A DNA stretch of 63,365 bases, the filler included. It is 7 parts of 7 records of this genome, joined end to end, with 100 filler letters (N's around TTAATTAATTAA, not from the genome) between each part and the next. Parts side by side here need not be neighbours in the genome. Positions count along the whole stretch, not along the records: positions 29,351 to 36,643 come from SRR31156797_2282; positions 36,744 to 43,503 come from SRR31156797_2286; 5 more parts are not named here. One strand, written 5' to 3'. Every line of letters begins with the position of its first letter. Within the stretch, counting starts at the first letter, position 1. The notes beneath the pieces were generated by a model that was given only the letters and a program-made list of their open reading frames with translations, searched no databases and was not told where the DNA came from. Made by a program: the position numbers and the translations under genes. Below are positions 29,389 to 41,400 of the stretch, piece after piece.

Positions 29389-30006
29389 TTACAGTAATTT
29401 AATTCCCTGTTCAATGAAAAAGAAAGAAAATAAAATATATACAATACCCAGAAAACGAATCGTATTGAGATAATAATTATTTATCAGGAAGGTTCGGGAT
29501 CTTCCTACAAGCAATGCAATAACTATCTTTGAACCAATAAGAAACGTATAGAATCCTCCAACAAACAATAAGGCCATCAGAATATTAATATCCAGTGTCT
29601 GGAAAAGGATAGGTGCACCAATTGATATCCAGAAAAGATATGGGTGCGGACTCAGGAAATTTGCAACAATGCCTCTTTTAAATGAACCCTTTTTCCCTAC
29701 TCTAAGATCAAGATCAGTATCTTTAGTCCGAAATGAAGAGATTCCAAGATACAAAAGATAAAATGCACCTGAAAAGCTTATCAAGGCAATTGCAAGACTT
29801 TGATCCTTTAATCTCATCAGAAAAAAAATAATTGCCGAAACTATCACAATGTCAGTAATTAGCGGAGAAACAGCAACCTTAAAACCTTCCTTTGAACCAT
29901 GTTTCAGGGTTTCAGAAATTGTCATGGCCATCAAAGGACCTGGAGATATCCCTGCTGCAAACCCAAGAACAATTCCAGACAATAGGAACTCATTGGTAAA
30001 AAGCAT
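29389..30006 (-). CDS. LysE-family exporter
   Basis: GISPGP, G..EG..VA.SPLITD, GAFYLLYLG, NFLSPHPYLFW. Confidence 0.9.
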   Translation of the reverse strand: MLFTNEFLLSGIVLGFAAGISPGPLMAMTISETLKHGSKEGFKVAVSPLITDIVIVSAIIFFLMRLKDQSLAIALISFSGAFYLLYLGISSFRTKDTDLDLRVGKKGSFKRGIVANFLSPHPYLFWISIGAPILFQTLDINILMALLFVGGFYTFLIGSKIVIALLVGRSRTFLINNYYLNTIRFLGIVYILFSFFFIEQGIKLL

Positions 30007-30224
30007 AACTGAATATTCTAGCAACTAAAAACGTTTAAAGTTATTGATTAAAAACGTTTATTCAAATAAAACCACATATTAAATTATATAAGTAAACAAT
30101 ACATACTATAAGATGAATTATTATCTTTGAATTATTCATTCAAAATCGAAGGAGAGAAAACCACAAAAATTGTGGCTTGAAGATTAAAACATATATGACT
30201 ATGCTTCAAAGGAAAAACAAAAAA

Positions 30225-33002
30225 ATGAAGTATTCAGACAAGAATCAAGACCTGGTTAAAATCGAAGAATCACTTAAAAGAAGGCTTGATTATGAGCACG
30301 CTACGATCAAATGCATGCGTACTTTACTTGAACTGGGAAGTCAGAATGATATTTTACCCCGTATACTTAATATAGTACATGAAGTTGTAGACAATAGCAG
30401 AACATATATTTTTAAAAATGAACTTGACCCTGAACTGGGGCTTTGTATGTCCCAAATATATGAAGCTGTTTCTGATGGCATTGAAGCTCAGATAGATAAT
30501 CCTGACCTTCAGCATCTTTCATATAAAGAAGCTACACCTACATTATTCTCTGTTCTAAAATACAGACAATACTTTGCGCATTTAGTAGAAGAACTGGATG
30601 GACCTGAAAAAACGCTCCTTTCTGAACAGGGTATTCTTTCAATACTTATTATTCCGATTTTTGCCGGGCAAGAATTCTGGGGTTTTATCGGGTTTGATGA
30701 TTGCATCGAAACCCGTGAATGGGATGGAGATGATATTAGTCTTCTTACAGTAGTTGCTGATGGAATTGGAGAATTTATTTTCCGAAGGAAAGCCGAAGAT
30801 GAACTGAAGGAAAGTGAAGAAAGGTTCAAAACACTGCACAACGCAACCTTTGGAGGTATACTCATTCATGATAAAGGAAAAATTCTTGACTGCAATCAGG
30901 GACTATCCGACATGACTGGCTATTCTAAAGAAGAACTGCTTGCAGGTGACAGTTTCAAAATTGTCACTGAAGAGTCAAAAGCTATTATTATGGAAAGGTT
31001 AGCTTCCGGTTCAGAAGAAACATATGAAATTGTGGGTCTCCGAAAAGATGGAACAGAGTACCCCATGAGAGTGCAAGCAAAAAATATCCCCTATAAAGGA
31101 AAGCAGGTAAGAGTAACCGAATTAAGGGATGTAACGGAACAGAAAAAGTCAGAAAATGCATTGAGAGAAAGTGAGGAAAAGCTGGGTGCAATGATAGCAA
31201 ACATAGCTGATGTTATTGCTATTATCGATAAAAATGGAATTAACAAGTACAAAAGTCCAAACATAGAAAAATGGTTTGGATGGAAACCAGAGGAAATTAT
31301 TGGTACTTCCACATGGAATAATATACATCCTGAAGATCTGGACTACACACTAGAATTTTTTTCCTCCATTCTGGACAAGCCTGGTGCCACAGTAAATGCA
31401 GAGTCACGCTATCGTTGCAAAGATGGTAGCTATAAATGGATGGAATTCACAGCTATTAACCTGCTGGAAGAACCTGCAATCAGTGGAATCTTATTGAATT
31501 ATCATGATATTGATGAGCGTAAACAAGCTGAAGATGCACTTCGTGAAAGTGAAGCGAAGCAGAGAGCAATGATTGCAAATAGTAATGACATTATTGCCAT
31601 CATAAATGAGGAAGGAATTAACAGATACAAGAGTCCAAATGTAGAAAAATGGTTTGGATGGAAACCTGAAGAACTAATTGGTAATTCTGTATGGGATAAC
31701 ATTCATCCGGATGAACTGAAGTACACAAAAGAACTTTTTCCTATGTTCCTCACAATTCCGGAATCAATGCAGACTTCAGAAACAAGGTACCGTTGCAAAG
31801 ATGGCAATTACAAATGGATTGAATATACGATTACTAACCTCTTACATGAACCTTCAATCAACGGAGTACTGCTGAATTACCATGACATTACTGAACGCAA
31901 ACTCGCTGAAAATGCACTTCGTGAAAGTGAAAGAAAGTTCAGAAACTATCTCGAAAATGCACCTTATGGCATATTCATAATAGATGAAAATGGGAACTAT
32001 CTGGAAGTAAACAAAACAGCTTGTATGCTTACAGGATATGATGAAAGCGAACTTGTAGGAATGAATATCACTGATTTAATTGCTTCTGAATCATTAATAA
32101 AATCAGGACATAGTTTAGATGAACTTAAAAGTACCGGGTTTACTTCAACTGAACTGCAGGTAAAACACAAAAATGGGAACGTAAGCTGGATAAGAAGAGA
32201 TGGTTCCAAACTTGCAAATAATAAATATATTACATTCTCCAGTGATATTACTGAAAAGAAAAGGGCTGAACACTCCTTAGTACAAGCTAAAATACTGGCA
32301 GAGGACAACAACCGCATCAAATCTGAATTCCTTGCAAATATGAGCCATGAGCTACGCACACCCCTTACTGCTGTAATAGGTTTTTCAGACATTCTGGATG
32401 CTGGAGTAGCAGGAGTGCTTACTGAAAAACAACTGAGATATGTAAACCACATAAATAAAAGCGGAAAGCATCTTCTGGAAATAATAAATGATATTCTTGA
32501 CATATCAAAAGTTGAAGCAGGTAAGATGGAACTTGTTCGTGAGACGTTTTCTATTACCAGCATATTAAAAGAAATACTGGAATCCATGTCTGCAGTAGCA
32601 GGGAAGAAGAATATTAAACTTAAATTGATGAATGAATTAAATGCAACCAATATCATTGCTGATAAAGTGAAATTCCAGCAAATACTATTCAACCTGCTTA
32701 GTAATGCCATAAAATTTACTCCTGAAAATGGCGAAGTATCTGTCATCATCAAAAGAACAGATAACGCAGTATTGGTTTCTGTTATGGATACAGGAATTGG
32801 GATTTCTGAAGATATGAAATATGAAATATTCAATCCTTTTACGCAGGTTGATGCTTCAAGCAAAAGAAAATACGGTGGAACAGGCCTTGGGCTTGCTCTT
32901 GTCAAACAGTTTGTTGAAATGCACGATGGTAAGATCTGGCTTGAAAGTGAAGAAGGAAAAGGTAGTACATTTACATTTACAGTCGGAAATCAAAAACTTT
33001 AA
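30225..33002 (+). CDS. Cytoplasmic GAF-4xPAS histidine kinase
   Basis: GAF (FWGFIGFDDC), four PAS domains, EFLANMSHELRTPL, NLLSNAIKFT, DTGIGI, GGTGLGL; start uncertain (30177-30225). Confidence 0.93.
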   Translation: MKYSDKNQDLVKIEESLKRRLDYEHATIKCMRTLLELGSQNDILPRILNIVHEVVDNSRTYIFKNELDPELGLCMSQIYEAVSDGIEAQIDNPDLQHLSYKEATPTLFSVLKYRQYFAHLVEELDGPEKTLLSEQGILSILIIPIFAGQEFWGFIGFDDCIETREWDGDDISLLTVVADGIGEFIFRRKAEDELKESEERFKTLHNATFGGILIHDKGKILDCNQGLSDMTGYSKEELLAGDSFKIVTEESKAIIMERLASGSEETYEIVGLRKDGTEYPMRVQAKNIPYKGKQVRVTELRDVTEQKKSENALRESEEKLGAMIANIADVIAIIDKNGINKYKSPNIEKWFGWKPEEIIGTSTWNNIHPEDLDYTLEFFSSILDKPGATVNAESRYRCKDGSYKWMEFTAINLLEEPAISGILLNYHDIDERKQAEDALRESEAKQRAMIANSNDIIAIINEEGINRYKSPNVEKWFGWKPEELIGNSVWDNIHPDELKYTKELFPMFLTIPESMQTSETRYRCKDGNYKWIEYTITNLLHEPSINGVLLNYHDITERKLAENALRESERKFRNYLENAPYGIFIIDENGNYLEVNKTACMLTGYDESELVGMNITDLIASESLIKSGHSLDELKSTGFTSTELQVKHKNGNVSWIRRDGSKLANNKYITFSSDITEKKRAEHSLVQAKILAEDNNRIKSEFLANMSHELRTPLTAVIGFSDILDAGVAGVLTEKQLRYVNHINKSGKHLLEIINDILDISKVEAGKMELVRETFSITSILKEILESMSAVAGKKNIKLKLMNELNATNIIADKVKFQQILFNLLSNAIKFTPENGEVSVIIKRTDNAVLVSVMDTGIGISEDMKYEIFNPFTQVDASSKRKYGGTGLGLALVKQFVEMHDGKIWLESEEGKGSTFTFTVGNQKL

Positions 33003-33085
33003 TTGAAGAAATGATTCATGATATATCAAAATCAGTTATTTAAAATTACAATTTCGTTTTTGCTGGAAACAAAGACCTGCATGCC

Positions 33086-33931
33086 CTAGTTTATAAGAAT
33101 TTCAAGATTTTGCTCGACTACCTTTGAACATGTTTTCAGGCTACTAAGTTCTTCATTTGTTTTATCCAGCTTATTTTTAAGTTCAAAGACTTCATCTTCA
33201 AGAGTCTTGATGTAGGCAAGCTGTTGTTCTATCCTGGCATCCTTCTTGATGACATTGATCTGTTGCTTATGGATTGTCATCTGTTTGCCTATTTCATCCT
33301 CAGTTTTCTCCACCAATTTTAACAGTTCATTTTCACGTACTTCAAAGTCCTGCTCTTTTTGGGAAAGCTTTTCCTGATGGTGCTTGACGTATTCACGTCT
33401 GCGCTCTATTTTTTCAGTCTGTACCTCTATGTCAAGCTCACTGAATTCTATTTCCTTTAACTGGGAAGCTACTTCCTTTGCTTTTGCATTAAGCCTTTTT
33501 TTGGTTCTTCCGAGCCTTTTTTCCCTTTTACCAAGAGACATTTCTTCTTCAAGCTGAGCATGCATAACCCTGTAATGTTCAGATTTTCTTTTCTGAAGAG
33601 ATTCATAATTGATCTCATACCTGTCCATACGGGTTACTAGCTCGGTTTCCTTTTTTAAGAAGTCTACCTTTTTTTTCTCGTAATCATTTTTTGCCTGTTT
33701 AAGCTCATTTGTTTTGACTACGAGCTTTTCGTATTCCTGAGCTATGAGTTTTTTTGCTTCACGTATCTTATGATACTCCTCCATGATCAGAGATTCATCT
33801 GCCTTTATATTCTCTTTCTTAGAAGCGATCTCAGCCCGCTTTTTTTCGACTTCGTCTAACTGATTGAAATATGTGGCTTTAATCTCTTCAAGGTTTTGAA
33901 GCTGGTTTTGATAAAAAAGTTCTTCGCTCAT
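33086..33931 (-). CDS. Long coiled-coil hypothetical protein
   Basis: 281 aa, E/K/Q/L-rich heptad pattern throughout, no recognisable globular domain. Confidence 0.75.
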   Translation of the reverse strand: MSEELFYQNQLQNLEEIKATYFNQLDEVEKKRAEIASKKENIKADESLIMEEYHKIREAKKLIAQEYEKLVVKTNELKQAKNDYEKKKVDFLKKETELVTRMDRYEINYESLQKRKSEHYRVMHAQLEEEMSLGKREKRLGRTKKRLNAKAKEVASQLKEIEFSELDIEVQTEKIERRREYVKHHQEKLSQKEQDFEVRENELLKLVEKTEDEIGKQMTIHKQQINVIKKDARIEQQLAYIKTLEDEVFELKNKLDKTNEELSSLKTCSKVVEQNLEILIN

Positions 33932-34577
33932 ATTACGATTTCATCCTTGTTGAATTGTAACGGACATTTCTGGAACATATCCATTAACCTGTCAAAGAGT
34001 ATTTATGTCGAAGTATAAAAGAAAGATGTACATAGTTTTCGATTATTAGCGGATCTATGAACAAAGGTAATATTTAAATTTTAATTAAAAATTAATACCA
34101 AATGGCACATTCTTTTTTTGGCTCTTTGGAAATGAAATTCATACACTGCTCTGCCTACTTGATCTTTGAGAAAAGAAACAGATTTATCAACAAAATCATA
34201 AAAAGCACGTGCATCCTCAATGATATTGGTTGGTATGCGAGTTTTTGCTAAAGATATCTTTTGTAATATCACCGTGCCTTGTTTTCCAAATATCCGATGT
34301 TGTATTTAAGTTTTTATAGATTACTCAAAGGCATTACACATGAATTACAGATATACTGTTGTGCCGGACAGAATCGTTTGAGAATGTATAAATTAAGCAG
34401 CTAGCAGTCGCATCATCATCTAGAACACTAATAAATAGTATCGGTAACTTTATCTTGCATAAAATTAATTCCAACATACATATATAGTTACGCGAGGTGA
34501 CGTATATACAGGGATTGTATATTCACCAATTATGCATAAATGTGTATTTATAATATACAGAGGGGTGGGATAAATTC

Positions 34578-35807
34578 ATGCAAAAATTGATGATCCTTGG
34601 AGCCGCTAAATCACAGGTTCCAATAATAAAACTAGCTAAGAAACGTGGCTTTGAAACAGTTGTAGTGAGCTGTAATGGAGATTATCCTGGTTTAAAGCTC
34701 GCAGATAAGACCTATGAAATAGATGTATGCAATAAAGCAAAAGTCCTTGAAGTTGCTGAAAAAGAGCATGTTGATGGGATCGTTACAGATCAACTTGATT
34801 TTCCAGTTCCAACCGTTGCTTATGTAACTGAGAAATTAAACCTGCCAAGTATTGGCTATGATTGCGCACTAAAGTTCACCAATAAATACCTAATGAGAAA
34901 TGAATCTTCTAAATTAGGAATAAAGAATCCTGAATACTATAAGGTTTCAACCCTGGACGAAGCCAGAGAAAAAAGTTTGGACATTGGCCTTCCAGTAGTA
35001 ATGAAACCTACAGACAGTGCTGGTAGTAGGGGTGTATCAGTAGTAAGAACTATCGCAGAACTTGAGGAAAACTTTGAGCCTGCAATTGCTTATTCTAGTG
35101 AGAATTGCCTGATAATAGAAAAGTACATCCATGGAGTTGATTATGGAGTTTCAGGCTTTGCCTCAAATTATAAATTCACAAATTTAGTTCTTGGAAAAAG
35201 GGAATTATTTGATATCCCAGGCGCATTCATTCCCAGCTCAACTTTTTATACTTCAGTTCCTGATAATGATATTGAAGAGCAGATACTAAAAAACAATAAA
35301 ATTCTGATTGAGGGCTTTGGTTTAAAGTTCGGTGTTACTCACTGTGAATATATAGTTGAAGAAGGAACAGGGGACATATATTTTGTAGAATGTGCTGCCA
35401 GAGGTGCTGCCATATGTATTTCGTCCCATCAAATACCATTAGCTACTGGCGTCGATGCAAATAGCCTGTTGATTGATGTTGCAGTGGGGAACACAGAGGA
35501 AATTAAAATTGAAAATATTAAGAGCAATGTTTCGGGATATTTAGCGTTTACATTACCAAAGGGTGTTGTTAAAGAAATTAGAGGGATGGAAAATATAAAA
35601 TCAGTGCCAGGTGTCCAGAAAGTGTACATTGACCCTATATATATTGGAATGGAAACAAAAACAGCGACCGATAAAGGGAACCGCATGGGTCCGATCCTCT
35701 TCAAAGGTGAAAGTAAAGAACAATGTGAAAAGATAATAAATGAAATAAAGTCTTTGCTTGAAATAGATGTTGAAACCTCTGAAGGAATAAAAGGTATAAT
35801 TTGGTAG
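34578..35807 (+). CDS. ATP-grasp family protein (amino acid ligase/carboxylase-like)
   Basis: FTNKYLMR, PVVMKPTDSAGSRGV, IIEKYI, HCEY, FVECAAR. Confidence 0.88.
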   Translation: MQKLMILGAAKSQVPIIKLAKKRGFETVVVSCNGDYPGLKLADKTYEIDVCNKAKVLEVAEKEHVDGIVTDQLDFPVPTVAYVTEKLNLPSIGYDCALKFTNKYLMRNESSKLGIKNPEYYKVSTLDEAREKSLDIGLPVVMKPTDSAGSRGVSVVRTIAELEENFEPAIAYSSENCLIIEKYIHGVDYGVSGFASNYKFTNLVLGKRELFDIPGAFIPSSTFYTSVPDNDIEEQILKNNKILIEGFGLKFGVTHCEYIVEEGTGDIYFVECAARGAAICISSHQIPLATGVDANSLLIDVAVGNTEEIKIENIKSNVSGYLAFTLPKGVVKEIRGMENIKSVPGVQKVYIDPIYIGMETKTATDKGNRMGPILFKGESKEQCEKIINEIKSLLEIDVETSEGIKGIIW

Positions 35808-36055
35808 GGATCGTATTGAAAAGATTGATTTGGAGAAAATCTATTTTCTCTAAAAATTAGTCTCGTATAAATCCTCATTTAAGTGGTAACATAATCTTGC
35901 TAGAGGTAGCAGTATTATTTGTGATATTTAGATGAACTTGTCGACACTTTTATATGCAAGATTAATATATAATTGTATGATGGTATATTCACAAATATAA
36001 TTCTATTTGTGTGAGTGTATCAATTTAAAATATATATTACTGGAGTTGCTGGTTC

Positions 36056-36643
36056 ATGAAAAAACTGATGGTCCTTGGAGCCGCTAAAACACAGGTTCCA
36101 ATAATCAAACTAGCTAAGAAACGTGGCTTTGAAACAATTGTTGTAGGTTCTAAGGGTGACTACCCCGGTTTAAAATTTGCAGACAAGAATTATGAAGTTG
36201 ACATAGCTGATAAAGAAAAAGTGTTGGAAATTGCTGAAATAGAGCAAGTTGATGGGGTTGTTACAGATCAACTTGATTTTCCTGTTCCAATCGTTGCACA
36301 TGTAACTGAGAAATTAGGCCTGCCAAGTATTGGTTTTGATTGCGCACAAAAGTTTACTAATAAATACCTGATGCGAAATGAATGTTCTAAATTAGGCATA
36401 AAGAATCCTGAATACTATAAGGTTTCAGCCCTGGATGAAGCCAGGGAAAAGTGTTTAGATATTGGTTTTCCAGTAATAATAAAACCTACGGATAGTGCTG
36501 GTAGTAGAGGTATATCAGTGATAAGAAATATCGCTGAACTGGAAGATAAATTCGAACCTGCAATTGTTTATTCTAGTGATGATTCTTTGATAGTAGAAAA
36601 GTACATTCAGGGAGATGAATATGCAATTGCGGGCTTTGCTTCA
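36056..36643 (+). CDS. ATP-grasp family protein, paralog of the preceding gene, 3'-truncated
   Basis: Near-identical N-terminus (LGAAK.QVPIIKLAKKRGFET, TDQLDFPVP, KPTDSAGSRG). Confidence 0.88.
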
Positions 36644-36743
36644 NNNNNNNNNNNNNNNNNNNNNNNNNNNNNNNNNNNNNNNNNNNNTTAATTAATTAAN
36701 NNNNNNNNNNNNNNNNNNNNNNNNNNNNNNNNNNNNNNNNNNN
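36644..36743. other. Artificial contig spacer
   Basis: N44-TTAATTAATTAA-N44. Confidence 0.98.
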
Positions 36744-36768
36744 GCTGTTTGTGGATGAGGTGGTGGTG
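36744..36768 (+). repeat. Left copy of the 25-bp terminal direct repeat
   Basis: GCTGTTTGTGGATGAGGTGGTGGTG, identical to 43479-43503; continues GAG TAA (LFVDEVVVE*). Confidence 0.95.
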
Positions 36769-36831
36769 GAGTAAGTAAAAAATATCTTATCCAGGAAAAA
36801 ACCTAACTTTACTCACAAATTTATATTTACC

Positions 36832-37446
36832 ATGCAATTCAATTTATTCTCGAATCCCAGTAATGATATACAACACCTAACCAATGGAGAGTATCTACTC
36901 CTCCCCAATTTTTACAACTACGTTGAGAGTAACGATCTTATGGAAGCCCTTGCCAAAAAGACAAACTGGAAACAGGAAAAAATAGATATGTATGGAAAGG
37001 AAGTTTTATTTCCGAGGCAAACAGCATGGTACGGAGACCAGGATAAAGACTACAGTTTTTCAGGACTAAAACTACGGCCGGAAAAATGGACTCCAGATTT
37101 ACTTCAAATAAAAAATGACATTGAAAAACTTGGCTATGGTAAATTTAATAGTGTTTTGCTAAACCACTACCGCGATGGTTCCGATTCCATTTCATGGCAC
37201 AGCGATTCCGAAAAAGAATTGGGTAAAAATCCAGTAATCGCATCATTAAGTTTTGGCGCAACAAGAAAGTTCCAATTGAGGCATAAGCTTACCAAAGAAA
37301 AAGTTAACCTTGAGCTGCAACATGGAACCTTGCTCATCATGATGGGTGAAATGCAACATTACTGGCAGCATCAAATTCCAAAAACAAAATCCGATATTGG
37401 CCCAAGAATAAATTTAACATTCAGATACATTTATGATTTGGGATAA
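36832..37446 (+). CDS. AlkB-family (ALKBH2/3-like) 2-oxoglutarate/Fe(II) dioxygenase
   Basis: PRQTAWYG, LLNHYRDGSDSISWHSD (HxD), SLSFGATRKF, WQHQIPK, RINLTFR. Confidence 0.93.
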   Translation: MQFNLFSNPSNDIQHLTNGEYLLLPNFYNYVESNDLMEALAKKTNWKQEKIDMYGKEVLFPRQTAWYGDQDKDYSFSGLKLRPEKWTPDLLQIKNDIEKLGYGKFNSVLLNHYRDGSDSISWHSDSEKELGKNPVIASLSFGATRKFQLRHKLTKEKVNLELQHGTLLIMMGEMQHYWQHQIPKTKSDIGPRINLTFRYIYDLG

Positions 37447-38461
37447 GCTAAATATCAAAACCGAAAATGGTGAAACGGTTGAAGCACAGGCACCCATAAT
37501 TATTAGCGCCAGCCGCTCAACAGATATACCTGCATTTTATTCTGACTGGTTCATTGAGCGGGTAAGAAAGGGGTATTTGAAATGGATAAACCCCTTTAAT
37601 GGACTTCCACTTTATGTCTCATTTGCCAATACAAGGCTTGTCGTTTTTTGGTCGAAAAATCCTGAGCCAATCATTACCCACTTAGATTACCTTGATGAGA
37701 AGGGAATCAATTACTATTTTCAGTTTACGCTCAACGATTATGATAAAGAAAACTTAGAGACTAATGTGCCTAAAGTTGAAAACCGAATTGATACATTTAT
37801 CAGATTATCTGAAAAAATAGGAAAGGAAAAAGTGATCTGGCGATTTGACCCATTTATTTTAACTGATGACATGGGCGTTGATGAACTTTTACGGAAAACA
37901 GAACGAATTGGAGACCAGCTTAAAAATCACACCAATAAACTTGTATTTAGTTTTGCTGACATAAAAGAATATAAGAAAGTTCAAAATAATTTAAGACGGA
38001 GTGCTGTAAAGTATCAGGAGTTTAATGAACGAACCATGAATGAGTTGGCAGCAGGGCTAATGCAGCTCAATAAAAAATGGGATTTCGAAGTCGGGACATG
38101 TGCTGAAAAAATCGACCTGGAAAATTATGGAATTAAGCACAACAAATGTATTGATGATGATTTAATGATCAGATTATTCAGCAGCGAAAAAAAATTAATG
38201 AGTTTCCTGGGGCATCATCCAAGCCCTTCCCAGCTTGATTTATTCTCCGGTGAATCAGACCAAAAAAGCAAACCAAAAAAGATAAAGGATAAAGGGCAGC
38301 GCAAATTATGCGGCTGTATTGCCAGCAAAGATATTGGCCAATATAATACATGTATCCACGGTTGTTTGTATTGTTATGCAAATACATCACATGAAACGGC
38401 TGCTAAAAATTTTGAAAAGCATCAATTAAATCCTAAAGCAGAATCAATTACCGGGAAATGA
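37433..38461 (+). CDS. DUF1848 family protein (Cys-rich, probable Fe-S, radical-SAM-like)
   Basis: IISASRSTDIPAFYSDWF, VFWSKNP, WRFDP, QR..CGC..SKDIG.YNTCIHGCLYCYAN. Confidence 0.9.
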   Translation: MIWDKLNIKTENGETVEAQAPIIISASRSTDIPAFYSDWFIERVRKGYLKWINPFNGLPLYVSFANTRLVVFWSKNPEPIITHLDYLDEKGINYYFQFTLNDYDKENLETNVPKVENRIDTFIRLSEKIGKEKVIWRFDPFILTDDMGVDELLRKTERIGDQLKNHTNKLVFSFADIKEYKKVQNNLRRSAVKYQEFNERTMNELAAGLMQLNKKWDFEVGTCAEKIDLENYGIKHNKCIDDDLMIRLFSSEKKLMSFLGHHPSPSQLDLFSGESDQKSKPKKIKDKGQRKLCGCIASKDIGQYNTCIHGCLYCYANTSHETAAKNFEKHQLNPKAESITGK

Positions 38462-41400
38462 AAATGAAAGAATACAACTTAAAGATTGAGCAATTAGAAT
38501 TACCGACATTCCAGCAAATACGGAAAATAGCTAATGAAAGCATTTCTCATTTGACAACTGAAAAGCGAAATAAACTATGGCATGATTTACAACGCGGCGA
38601 AATTCTATTGAATAGTCATGAACTACTGTGCCAGTATCTTTGGTCTTACGGAAATATGCATGAGGCAAAAATAAACTCAGCCTTAAATTCAATTGAAGAA
38701 CCTGAAAAGGTTTTTAATAATGAATTCGATATCATCGATTGGGGGTGTGGACAAGCATTAGCAACTATATGTTTTTTTGACTTTTTGAAAGAAAAAAACA
38801 TAAATAATAATGTTAAAGAAGTTACTCTAATTGAACCTTCTAAAATAACCATTGAAAGAGCTAAACTACATACAAATAGTTACCTGAAAAATGGGAGTAA
38901 GATACGTACAGTAAACAAATATTTGGATCATGTAGAAAAATCTGATATTAAAACCTCTCAACAGCTAACATTGCATTTTTTCTCAAACATTTTGGACATT
39001 TCCTCCATTGACTTGAAGAGGTTAGCCAGCCTTTTCCTGAATGATATTATTGGAGAACATTATTTTTTCTGTGTTGGTCCATTAAATTATCATTCAACCC
39101 GTATTGAAGAATTTGCCAATCACCTAAAAATTGACACTGATCTGATTATCAAAAAGTATCAGGGGCAACTGAAAAATACAAAAGGTACAATAAAATTATT
39201 GGTATTTAAAATAAAAGGCAAAGAGATTGAAGTATTAAAAACTGATTATTATCCACGTGCTCCTAATAATATAAACAGCTTAATCATGGTAGAAAAAATT
39301 TTAAGTAAAATCGATCCGGCAATAATGGTAGCAGAAGAAAGAATAATTCAATTTTATAAATCTGTTATTGAATTAGAACAACAAAAAGAACCGGAAATAA
39401 AAGAGTTTTATCAATACCCATTATCCAATGTAAATGATCAATCGTTCTCAATAGATTTATCACAAAATAGTGACTTCTTGAATAAGTTTGAGAACAATAG
39501 AGACCCAATAATCACAGATTGGCCCGAAGATTTATATATAGGAATCAATGCAGTTTTAAATCAGAAATCCTATTCATTGCTAAGCTATATAATTCCCTTT
39601 GATGAAATAAAAAACATCGATCCTAAAACGCAAAAACTAAATGTTAGGTTGCAGGACTTTACCTTAAATCTAAGTGTATTTGACAAGCTTGAATTTTCAG
39701 AAAAACAAATATCAGAATTAGAAGAAAGCATAAAAGAGGCGTCATCAATATCAAGACTATCTTCGATTTTTGAAGAAAAAATTGATAAAGACATAGAAAT
39801 TCAAGAAGGGTTGTTTTTAGCCCTTAGCTCAAAAAAACAGTCCTTGCTTCAAATATATTCTGAATTGAACAGGATAGATTATGACAAAATATTATTTGGA
39901 AAATTATTACATCAATTCCTTTTAAGCGTTGAGATTGAGAATGAAATGAATGACCTAAAAAGGGAAGATTTAGTACAAATTACTGATATTGATGAGAGAC
40001 AGAAACAGGCTATTTTACATGCTTTTAATAACAAATTATCAGTTATAACTGGCCCTCCGGGAACCGGTAAAACTCAAGTGATTTTAAATATCCTGGCAAA
40101 TGCAATTATTCAGAATAAAAAAGTATTAGTGGCAAGTAAAAACAATAAGGCTGTTGATAACGTAAAAGACAGGTTTGACAAGATTGACAACTTGGGATTT
40201 TTATTACGATTTGGGTCAAAAGATGTTTTAACAAATACTTCTATTCCATCTATAAATACTATTGTAAATTCAATTCCAGATTTGGAATTTGATGAAGAGC
40301 ACCTAAAAAATTTAAAATTGCGGAGTACTCTTTCAAAAAAGATAATAAATGAACAAAAAGCCAGGCTTAAAGAAAGAGATAATTTAATAGCTAAGCTACC
40401 TGACATCGAATCACAAATTACAAGTGCTGAAGAAACAATATCTCGATATCACAACAAATATGTAAATGACCGTAATAAATTAATTGAAAATAATAGTGAT
40501 ATAGACTTCATCAGAAGTATATATAATGTATCGCAAATGGACAAGTTAAATTCGAAACTCATAACGCAAAAAAACTATTTAGATTTAAAACACTCTGGTA
40601 TCAGAAAAATTTGGATGAATTGGTTTTATAAGAAGAAAATTGCAAATGAATTTTTAAACACAATTAACGAATATCCTTTTGAAATTAAGAACTATTTGAA
40701 ATTAAATGGATTGAAAACACAGATTTCAGATTATGAAAACTGCCAAGATATATTAACTTCCTACAAAATACCAATCTCATTATTTTCTAACGCCATTGAG
40801 TACATTAAAAAGCTAAATGACTTAGAAAAGGAATATTTGAAAAATGATGAAAGCCAAAAAGTTAATCTAAAAAAGTTGACAGATACTAGGATAGACTACC
40901 AAAACGAAATAAAAGAAATAACGGATAATGAATTGGAGATTAAGCGTAATATTGAAGAAAATGAAGTGACATTGATAAAATTAGGTAAACCTCTGGTTTT
41001 GGAGACAATTAAATCAAGAATAAAACATGCACATATTCCGAACATAATTAACTACTTAAATTATCTACCGGATGATATCCCTTGGCAATTTGCACTCATA
41101 CCAGCTTTTGTTAACGCTACTAATTCGTTTTTAGATATTTTCAATATCTCATCTGTTACAAGTTTGTCAGCAAAAGCAGCTTTTCCGCTTGAGCATGAAT
41201 TATTTGATATGGTTGTAATAGATGAAGCTTCTCAATGTGATATTGCCTCCGCAATTCCATTAATTTTAAGAGCAAAACAATTAGTGGTCATCGGTGATCC
41301 ATTGCAGTTAAAGCACATATCTAAAGTAAATGGTTATGAAGAAGCTTTAATAAAAGAGCATTTGCAAATCAGTGATTTTGCCTTTCTACACTATAATGAC

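Noticed and set aside
31997-32905. 302-aa minus-strand ORF
   Set aside because: Antisense shadow of the histidine kinase core
34081-34272. 63-aa minus-strand ORF in an intergenic region
   Set aside because: Non-ATG start and no recognisable motif; could be a remnant but is unsupported
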